DNA of 42,099 nt from Octopus sinensis (taxonomy: Eukaryota). Both the position numbers and the translations under genes were made by a program. Below are positions 11,269 through 21,466 of the stretch, piece after piece (position 1 is the first letter of the stretch; each line of letters starts with the position of its first letter). The notes beneath the pieces are model-generated. The model was given only the letters and a program-made list of their open reading frames with translations. It was not told the DNA's origin and ran no database searches. The stretch is taken from the NCBI RefSeq assembly GCF_006345805.1, contig NW_021835163.1, forward strand, positions 1 through 42,099, in the 5' to 3' direction.

Positions 11269-11749
11269 TGTATACAGGAATATATGTACAAAGGCGATGC
11301 TCCAGTCAAATGACTGAAACAAGTAAAAGAGTATGCACATATATATATATTATGCGTGTGAGCTTCTCTGTGTGTGTGCGTGCGCGCGCGTGTGTGCGTG
11401 TGTGTGTTCATGTCTGTAAGTGTATGCATGTAAATGCGTGTGTAAGTGTACATATACGTATATGCTTGTGTGTGCATGTGTGTGCAGTGTACATGTGCTT
11501 GTGTGTATGCGTGTATAAAAGTGTGTATGAAAGAGCACGCGCGCGTGTGTGTGTGAATAAGTGTATATGTTTAAGTGTGTGCAAGTGTTTTTAGGTGTAT
11601 GTATTCGTAATAATAGCGTGTATAGATGTGTATGTGTGAGAGAGAGAGCGTATGTGCTATTGTGTGTGTGTGTGTGTGTCCTTGTGTGCATGTGCAACTG
11701 TGTGTACGTATAAGTCTGTAGAAGTATGCTTGTGTGCGTGTGTGTGTCT

Positions 11750-11795
<46 letters not shown>

Positions 11796-12030
11796 TTAGT
11801 TCAGTTCTCTCAGAGCCCAAGCATCTAAAATAACTCTTCTTACGTTAAACCCATATGACCACCACCCACTATTTATGTATTACATGAATTATTATTGTTG
11901 TTGTTGTTGTTGTTGTTGTTACCATCATTATTATCACCATCGCCATTGTTATTACTAACATTATTATCATCGTGTTCTTCATCATCTTTATTTCTACCAA
12001 CATCACCATCATTATCATTTATCGTCATCA

Positions 12031-12061
<31 letters not shown>

Positions 12062-12689
12062 CGTCATCATCATCATCATCATCATTATTATCCAACAAGA
12101 CAAACGCGGTTATACAATAATTTACCGCGTTTTCGCTCGCACCGAACCATCATCGTGGGTCAACTCTCCATTAACAGAGGCTTAGTTTGTTTCTTCAAGA
12201 CACTGACATTGGCTTCAAATATATTTCTCACTCACCTGGCACCAAAGCATCAAGTCTTTTACTCTAATTACTTTTTTCTTTTGCGTTTTCTGTTCTTCCT
12301 TTGCTTTACCATTATTTTTTCTTAAATTTTTGTTTTGTTTGTCTTTTACTGCTTACATTTTTTTCTTCCTTTTTTTTCTGTTGTTGTTGCTTGATTTGGG
12401 TTCTAATGGTCAACGGTCGCCAAATTTCTTTAAGAGAAGCGAAACAGAAATAGTTATGCGATGTCTTAATCTCGCCAACTCACGTAACTAAAGGATGGCC
12501 ATAAATTTGCTCTTCCAAGAATGTTTTACATTAACAAGAGAACGGCCAGCATTTGCCTTCAAAGTGGCTTCCGCACGATACACGGACGCTATTCTTCACA
12601 ACGCTGCATTAATGCGAAAGAATGGGGGGGGGGGAAATGGCAAAACGAAAGAGAGCGAGAGAAAGGCTATATTACACCTATTTGAGGTT

Positions 12690-12898
12690 TTATGTGTATG
12701 TGTGTATGTGTGGTGTGCGTGTGTGTGTGTGTGTGTGTGTGCGTGTGTGTGCGTGCGTACATGTGTGTGCGTGTGTAATTGTGTGTACGCTTATGTATAG
12801 ACATAATATATATATACATGCGCATGCATACACATATGCATGTATTAGCATATTTATAAGTATATTTATGTATATGTGTGTGTGTGAGTGTGTGTGCG

Positions 12899-12935
<37 letters not shown>

Positions 12936-12976
12936 ATATATATATGTGTGTGTGTGTGTGTATATATATATATACA

Positions 12977-13012
<36 letters not shown>

Positions 13013-13351
13013 TGTATGTATGTATGTATGTACGTATGTATGTGTGCGTATATATATATGCATGCATGAGCATATGAAAGTATATGTATCTGTGTATGTA
13101 TGTATGTATGTATGTATGAATGTATACAGGAATATATGTACAAAGCTTTTCACGGACAAACACGCATACAGAGCATATACAAATGCATGCAGATCCGCAG
13201 ACAGGCAGACAGGCAGGCAGAACGTAGACAGACAGGCAGGCAGACAGACAGACAGGCAGGCAGGCAGACAGACAGACAGGCAGACAAACAGGCAGGCAGA
13301 CAAGCAGACAGGCAGACAGGCAGACAGACAGATAGATGGACAGACAGACAA

Positions 13352-13422
<71 letters not shown>
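12690..13422. repeat. Compound microsatellite ending in GGCA/GACA (13196-13350) and pure (GATA)n (13352-13422)
   Basis: Directly visible; left flank of the Tx1 element. Confidence 0.95.
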
Positions 13423-13423
<1 letters not shown>

Positions 13424-13718
13424 ATTTCTTTATTGGTCACACAGGGCTAAACACAGAGGGGACAATTACAATGTAGAGTTTTTCTTTTCGAGGGGGGCGA
13501 AAACAAAGTAAAAAAATAGAGACAACGATCAAAATGGATCGAAATCGTTGGGGATATATGCAAAAAATATCGAAATAGTACAAAATGGTCCCAAGAAATG
13601 GGGAGGTTTATCTGTGGAAAGAAAAACCTACGAAAAGACCACAGTAACCTCGAGCAATTACGTCACATATCAACATTTATTTACAAATAAGTAACTCTCT
13701 GTATTACATTTTTACGGT

Positions 13719-16700
13719 TCATAGGATCATGTTCAAAGTGGCTTCGTCATTCATACGTGCCATCCTTGCTACATTTACCCATCTTTTTTTGAAACAGTCG
13801 CTAGACAAAACTTGCCTCTCTACTCTCACCTTCTTTTTCAAGTGATACTTGAAAAAGTTGATGAGAGATCGACCAGAGAGGAAAGTGTTTGTCTCTAATC
13901 CTTTCAGACGCGTCCACCAGATACATTCTTTCGCCATAGCTACAAGTATTATAAAAATAGCTCTTCCTTCCCGTTTGAAGGAAGGAGGCGTGACGATATT
14001 GACGATAGACTCGGCTGATAAACCGACTCGTCCCACACGTGACTGCAGTCGTTCGACATAAGCCCACAGGTCGGAAATGGTTGGACACTGCACGAGTGCG
14101 TGCATAACGGTTTCGTCGCTCTGACCGCATCTCGGGCAGGTCGGCCTCGTGTTTCTCGAACCATGTCTATAGAACGGGTAGCGCTTCTCGATAGCACTGC
14201 CAGGCAAGGGATCTCTGGAAATTGTCCATAGGTCCCGGCCTGAAAGTCGTCTTGAACAGGCGGGTCAAGTATTCCTCGTCGACGCCCAGGTTCGCCCCGA
14301 GATCGTCGTCGTACATCCCCTCCACTAATCCCCTATAAAATGCTTTCGTGGTAATGCAACTGCTCAAGTTCGACCCAGGACGGCAGAGTTGCTGGAGAGC
14401 AACGCGACACTCGCGGTGCCATTCGCCCTTCCTCGACCTCTTTTTGATCCACGATTGCAGCTCGGTCATGGACACAAGTTGCAGGAAAGCGCACTGCACA
14501 AACAGCGACCACACCTGCTCACCGTCGTCGACGTAGAGCTGGAGATGTCGGATCGCCTGACCATCGGAACGGATCGCCTGACCATCGGAACGTTTCCTTT
14601 CCACAAGAAGCGGAAGAGAATGCGTTCCAGTTTGGTGACGGTGGGGTCGGGACAAGGCACGACGGTCAGGTGGTAGTTAATGACGGATGCAATGTACGCG
14701 TTCTCCACCTCCGCCCGACCTTTTAGGGACAGCTTCCTCTCGGCCCATTGCCTGCAGAGAGTGGCCGCCCTACTCGTCATCTCGTCCCAGTTCTTCTCCG
14801 TTTGCAGGTCTGGACCGAACCAGACCCCGAGCAATTTGACCGGCCCGTCCGTCCAGCGTCCCACTACTGAGGCGCTGGTGGACGGCATGAGCTTGCTTCT
14901 CCAGGCGCCCAACCGCAAGCCCACCGACTTTTCTCGGTTGATTTTTGCTCCTGTCACCGCTTCGTAGTCTTGCAGTGTCTCGCCGACTAGTTCGATGTGC
15001 TCGTGGCTAGACACTATGACGGTGACGTCGTTCGCGTATGCGGACACGCTCGTCCCGCACCCCAGTTCTCGCGAGATGCCCCTCAGCGTCGCCAGCTTCC
15101 GCAGTAGTGGCTCGAGAGTCAATACGTACAGAAGCGACGAGAGGGGGCATCCCTGACGGACCGAACGTGCAATGTCAAAAGGCAGCCATCCAGCCGCGGA
15201 ATATGGGATTGAAGCTGGCCGCCATGAGGACAGCCTCCAAGTATCGATGGTCTACCCTATCGAAAGCTTTGGATTGATCCAAATTGATCAGCGCCCCACT
15301 CATGCCAGGTTCCTTAGCTACCCTGTCTATGATGTAGCGCATCAGATTGAGGATGTCATGGATGATCCGGACCGGCACGGCGCAAGTTTGCGCCTTATCG
15401 ACCAGTTTCTCGATGACAAGCGCCAACCTCTTGGCTAACACTTTGGCCAAAATTTTCAAGTCTGCATTGAGCAGAGTAATGGGCCTAAAGTTATCTATAA
15501 TGTCCCCCTTGTTTGGATCTTACGGTTCCTCGGCTCACAAAACCGGGTATGATTCCGTTCTGCTGCTAGTTGCAGTACACCGCTGCTAAGACGTCTCCAA
15601 ACAAGTCCGGCATACAATTGTAAAGCTCGTAAGGCAGACCATCCAAACCCGGCGATTTGTTCCTTGAGCATCCTGCCATCGCATCCCTCACTTCCGCCGC
15701 CGTGATGGCACCTTCGCAGCACTCCGCCTCTCTTGTCGAGAGTCGTGGGAGGCTGTGTAGGTAGTCACTGAAGTCCAACCTGCGTTCTCGCCCTCCACTC
15801 CTCCCGAACAGTCGGGCAAAATGTTGCTGAAACGCTTCTCACCACTTTTCTCCGCCACCCGGGCCGCTCTCTCAACTCCAACACTTTCCATCTTTAGAGT
15901 ACGCATCCTAGCCCTGACAGCACACCCTTCGTATTTGGCGTTGAAGTGTTGGTCGAGGCCCAACCTCGCCGCCAAAACGACGGATGTGATGCCGCTTCTA
16001 ATTGACTCTTCTAGCTTCTTAACTAGCTCACCCTATACTCTGTTTCTATCTATGACTAGTGCTTTGCTGTACCTAATCGCTTCTGCTTTTACTGCTCTCT
16101 TGAGGGCAAACCACCGTTTGTTGTTGACGATGGCTGCTGTCAAAGCCCTCTTTACTAGTGTGCTAATTCGGTTTCTGAAAACCTGTCTCGACGGGAAAGA
16201 TGCGTTCAGTTTCCAGTAACCAGGACCCTGCCTATGTGCCTTATCTAAGTCTAACATACACGTCACAAGTTTGTGATTGCATAGTATCCTATCTAGATAC
16301 GATCTCGACGACCCAATGCGGTTGCTCCATGTCCACGTTGGCACATTTGGGTGGTCGAGTCGGTACCTGTCAGACAGTTGAAAGCGTCTGAGCAGGTCTC
16401 TGAGGCATTTACATCCCCGTCTATTTTCGTCTCTCCCCAAGTAGTCTAGATGCGTGTCCAAGGTAGCTGCCGTCGACATCCAGGACAACCAGTCTACCCT
16501 CTGGGTCTATGAATATCGTCTTTACTTCGAGATCTAGACTCTTGCGAAAAAGTACCACCGTGCACCCATCCTCGGTAGACAGGGAGAAAAATTAATGTTA
16601 AACTGTCCGCCAAACATGGACTTTAGGGCCCGTGGTTCATGGAGTCTGGTCTCACTTATTGCTATGATTTCCAAATTATGTGACTTGACGTCATTTAAAA

Positions 16701-16761
16701 GGTACCCTTGTTTCCAAGGGGACCCCAAGCCACGCGCATTCACACAACCAATCTTGACCAT
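13719..16761 (-). pseudogene. Tx1 ORF2 (APE endonuclease + reverse transcriptase + zinc finger), disrupted
   Basis: MVKIGCVNARGL...AISETRL, SRSYLDRI (APE); NFRPITLLNADLKILAKVLAKRL, LDQSKAFDRVDH, SVRQGCPLS, YAND in place of YADD (RT); TCPRCGQSDETVMHALVQC. Several frameshifts, deletions and a 21-bp duplication near 14550-14590. Confidence 0.92.
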
Positions 16762-16841
16762 GATCCTATTGAGTTGTGTGCTTTAAAACAAACGAAAGGA
16801 ACAGAGAGTTACTTACCTTTCGAAAGATTTGTCTCCTCCTT

Positions 16842-18562
16842 TTACTTTTTATCGAGGAGGCTATTATACATTTTTTTGCATAAATATTTATGACATCCAC
16901 CTACCGCATTGGGATAGAGGGACTTTAGAGTGTGATGCAATGTTGGTGATATGTTATAAATTTTTATGTGTTCTGGTGGTGTTGTGTGGGGGTGGTTGTT
17001 CGTTTTTAATGTCATTTTCTGTAATGTTTGTGTTTGTGTTGATGTATTTCATCAACTCTGTGTTTTTGGTGTCTATGGCTGTGAGCATATTCTTTGTATA
17101 TATTTTTGTGGCGTTGATATTGTTTGTGGTAGGATTTGAGATGTCTTCGGGAGATGTATATCTCCCTGCTTTGTTTGCGTTTGTATTGGATTTGGTTCTT
17201 CTTTTGCTCCTTTTCCTCCTTCCTTTTCTGGCTATTTGCCATTCCTCGGTGCTTTCGTCTTCTGACGAAATTTCCGAGGAATCGGAAGGGGGTAGGGACA
17301 TGTTGTAGGATTCAGTGTGCGTTTGTGTAATTGGTTGTGTTGTTGTTTTCGTTGATGCTGGTTGTTGACTGCTTGTGTGTGGTGTGTGTGATGTGGGGGA
17401 AGGGGAATCAGTTTTTGTATTATCTTTTGGTTTTACTGTTTCTTTAGTTCTTGCTGTTGGTGATGTTTTTTCAGATGTTGTTGTATGTTCATTTGTTGGT
17501 GTTGGTGTTGGCGGGTTTGGTTTTGTACTCATTTTGTTTGTCCTCTGTGCTAATGGTGGTGTGGGTAGTAGTGGTTCTGTTCTTGCTGTTGTTGGTGGTG
17601 CTTTTTCAGATGTTTTATGTGCATTTGTTGGTGTTGGCGAGTTTGGTTTCGTACTCCCTTTGCTTGTTCTCTGTGCTGATGGTGGTGTGGGTAGTAATGG
17701 TTCTTTTTTCTTTTGACTTTTTCCTTGTTGTGTTGTTGTTTTTCTTATTCTGGTTTTTGTTGTTGTTTTTTTGCTGTTGGGCAATCACGTTTTAGGTGTT
17801 CCTCGCTGCCACACAAGTAACAGCGAGGCCTCCTACCTTCTACCACCACGTAAAGGAAATTGCTGTCTAGCAGCTCAATTTGATGGGGGATGTTATTGAT
17901 TTGGTTTTGATCTATTTGCATCAATAACTGAACCATTTTCCCCGACCATTTCTTTTCCTCCAAGGTAGCAAATTCAAGAATATTTATATTCTCCTCTATT
18001 TTGTAGCAAATAGCTGACAACAGCCATTGTGATTCTATTTCTGGAGGGATATTTTAATCGAAATTTTGGTCACGCGATGACCAAGGTAGGTCGGAATTAA
18101 AATTAGTTTTTCCGACTGTAATGTGAACGTCGAAAGTTCTTTCGCTGTTTCTTTGCTGTCGAAGCGAACCTGTATCGTGGCATATATGTTCCACCAATTT
18201 AAATAATTTTTATAGGCCCATATTGGCCGTAAACATTTTTCGATGAGTTCTGGTTGTGCTTGTTCTGGTCTGCGTGTTTTTGCGTTTAAGACTTTGTATA
18301 TTATTGTTTTCTTTTGTGTGTCGTCTATGATGTTTTGTGGTATATGTAAGCGTAGATGCGAACCTTCTTCAGTTAACAGGGCTTTTGTTTGTTTTATTTG
18401 TTCTGTTGTGAAGTGTAATATTGTCTTTTTTTTTGTTTTAACGCTTGTGCAAAATTGGGTTTGGTGGTAGTGTTGGTGGCAGAGGTGTCACTTGTAGAAG
18501 TTGAGGTTGTAGTAGTGGTGTTGTTGTTGGCAGTTATCGTAGACGGCGAAACGACGATATCG

Positions 18563-18612
<50 letters not shown>

Positions 18613-18778
18613 AGTGACAGGGCTGTTAACAAAAGTGGTTGCAGCGTTCACTTCCACGTCACTCAGGTTTTGTCTTTGATTTCTTACTTGTCATGTCTGT
18701 TCTATTAGAATGTGTGTGCGTGCAGGATTCTTTTTTTTTTTCTCCTAGTGTTTCAAGGCTGGGGAAATGCTGGTCCAT
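16842..18778 (-). pseudogene. Tx1 ORF1 (gag-like, CCHC zinc knuckle, long Thr/Pro-rich low-complexity region), frameshifted
   Basis: ATG at 18778 (MDQHFPSL), VVVEGRRPRCYLCGSEEHLKRDCP (17745-18020), repeated PLLPTPP.AQRT.K.STKPN motifs; last frame stops at 16844-16842. Confidence 0.8.
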
Positions 18779-18987
18779 GAAGGAATTTGACCAGCGTTCG
18801 ACAATAAAAATATACAATTTAATTAGCGTTGAAACTGCCCCTAGGGGCGAATTCCTCCCTTGGAAAAACACTCAAACGAAAGTTGGGTGCTTTACACACC
18901 TTATTTACAAAAATGTACACAAAATGAGGGCTATAAATAGTCAAAATAAACGATTACCTTCGGAGCCGATGTGACAACACGTCAGTC

Positions 18988-19098
<111 letters not shown>

Positions 19099-21466
19099 TG
19101 GTACGTACAGTAAAGTTCAAATTATATTCCTTAGATATGTTCATCGGGTCATTTCTGAATTAACTCAGAGTGTGGCCGTTCATGTTGTAGATGGAAAATT
19201 GCTAAACTGTCGCCTCTCTGCAGCCCGAAACAATGGAATGTTATTCCTCGTGGGTGTCTAGGATGAAAAGTTTCAGGAAATCGGTCGAATAATGGATCAT
19301 AATCACTTTTGAGCCGATAAGAACCGTTGTGATAAAAGAGCAACTTCCTGGTTCTTATCTTAATCTTTTTCGAATTCTGGGGTTTCCAGAAGAGAGATTT
19401 AAATAAAGATGGAGAAATTTCTTTGTATTGAATTGTTTGAGCCTGCGGAGCCGTTTGTTTTGTTATACTATTGAACCAATGAACAGCTTCGTTGTGATTG
19501 GTTCAATGCGAAGCGCTTTTGATCGTAACATAATCTGTAAAGAATCGACACAAAAGAGTCAACGTTGAAACCTTTACAAGGATTAGAAGGATAAGAATAG
19601 TTTATCTGAAGGATTACCATTGGAAAAAGAGTCAAATGGATGTTCTTTCCGTGATGAGAAAACTCTGTCAACGACCTTTTGTAATCAAGAGATACAGAAA
19701 TGTGTGTGGTGTCCATCATACCTTTCTTAAGGGCATTCGCAGGTAAAAATGAAATAATATTTACGACTGTATATCAAACCCGAGTAGTAAACCCATCAAC
19801 GACTCATCATGAACTCTTCATCATTTCCCTTTGAAGGAGTAAAACATCAATGCATTTTCTCTAACAAAACCCGACCACAAACTAGGATTACGTGGAGTTC
19901 AACACTCTCCTAAAGAAAATGATTACATTTACTGGGTTTTATTCAATTGTGGCGTTTGTTTGTTTGTTTGTTTGTTTTGTACCTCCTGAAAGCAAACCCG
20001 GCTCGCGTGTTTGCTTCGTCACACAATCAGAGAAAACGAATCCAGCGCCATTGTCTAACCGTAATCATCAAAACACGTTTTCGTGTCATCAGGGTCAAGG
20101 GTCATTCACAACCCATCAATAACCAGCAGAATAGGTTCCACCTAAATCTTTATGTTCGACAGATGGGTGGACGAGTGGATGGGCTGGTGGATGGGCGGCT
20201 GGATGGATGTTCACATATTTATTATCACACTCGCTGTTGTTGCTTAAACCTCGGTCGTCTCTGATCGAACCAACACATGAACAAAAGCGTTCCAGTCGTG
20301 ACCATCCTGTTTTTTATTCTGTGTCTCTGGGACTACATCATCCGATGTTTCCTACCTATTTGATGACGGTAAGGATGCGATTTTTAGCCTGGTTTGGCAG
20401 CTGTTTTTAGTAAACCGCATGACCATGCAGAAGTTCCGAGAAGGAAAGGTCGGAATAACAAAGCCAGGGACAAAGAGAAGCCAAGGCAAACCAGTGCAAT
20501 GGTGGTGTGAAGCAGGATTAGTAATATCATTGCGTGATAGCAGAGTGTCGTTGATGTGTAACAGATTGCTCAGTGAAGCGCGATCAGACGGGATCACCTT
20601 CTTGACACATATCAACCGAGTCTTTCTCGACACTGTATCGTGTGACACGAGACACGAAACAGCGCGTCCGGATCAAATTCTGTCTTAATCACACACATAC
20701 ACACAACAACAACAGCAACAGCAACAACAACAACAACAGCAAATATCAAGTTGTTAATAACCCATGTTTTGAAAATACACCCACCTACATACATACCTAC
20801 GTATATATACTTATGTATATGTATGCATATATACATATGTACTTGCATACATACACACATGTATGCCTACATATATAAGTACGTACATACATATGTACGT
20901 GTATGTGCGCGTGTATATATATATATTTCCTATATTCTACCAACACCACTATCAACTCTTACCTCTACATTGGATTTTCTTTACCCCTTGGATACTTACC
21001 ATTGGCTGCACCTCTCTTTCACGGATCAAAGTGACTTTGTTATTGATGTGAAATCCTTAAAAAATATACCACGACGTCTATACATTTCTAACCTTGAACT
21101 CTCAACCTTGAACTTGTTCGCATAAACTGTCCCGTTCGTTTTATTTTTATTTTCTCATATATTATCCCTTTTTTTTACATTCATTTCATACTTTCCACAT
21201 TCCTGCACATTCCTGCAGTTTTGTCCTCTTTTCCGTCGTTTCTTCCTTCTCTGGATGTTTATACTCTGTTTCCTCTGCCTGCACCCCCTTTTTTTGCCTC
21301 CCCCTCTCTCTGCTTCCCTTCTTTCTTTCCTTTTTCCATTTGCCCCATCTTCTCCGCCTTTATTTTCTGCCCCTACCACTTTTTTATATAGTTTTTTCAT
21401 GCAATTGTTTTTTTGTTGTTTTTTTTCGAACGTTTGTTTTTTCCCCATTTTTTTCGCTATCCCATC

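Larger units (their letters stand above)
10694..11330 (+). mobile_element. SINE family A, split into three pieces by insertions and microsatellite expansion
   Basis: Head 10694-10797 (internally deleted), body 11080-11200, tail AAAGGCGATGCTCCAGTCAAATGACTGAAACAAGTAAAAGAGTA at ~11290-11332. Confidence 0.8.
13423..18987 (-). mobile_element. Full-length Tx1-like (L1 clade) non-LTR retrotransposon, decayed, inserted in (GATA)n
   Basis: ORF1 with CCHC knuckle; ORF2 with APE, RT and C-terminal CxxC..H..C; AATAAA at 13434-13429 just before the repeat. Both ends abut (GATA)n in the same orientation. Confidence 0.92.

Noticed and set aside
926-13440. Numerous ORFs rich in YI, CV, HT, poly-I, poly-M or poly-L
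   Set aside because: They are translations of microsatellites with no protein signal; the same applies to similar ORFs across the rest of the window.
19140-19900. Possible very old PLE RT (FYSFKGK**RVHDESLMG on the minus strand)
   Set aside because: Only one weak motif, with stops; no YxDD found.
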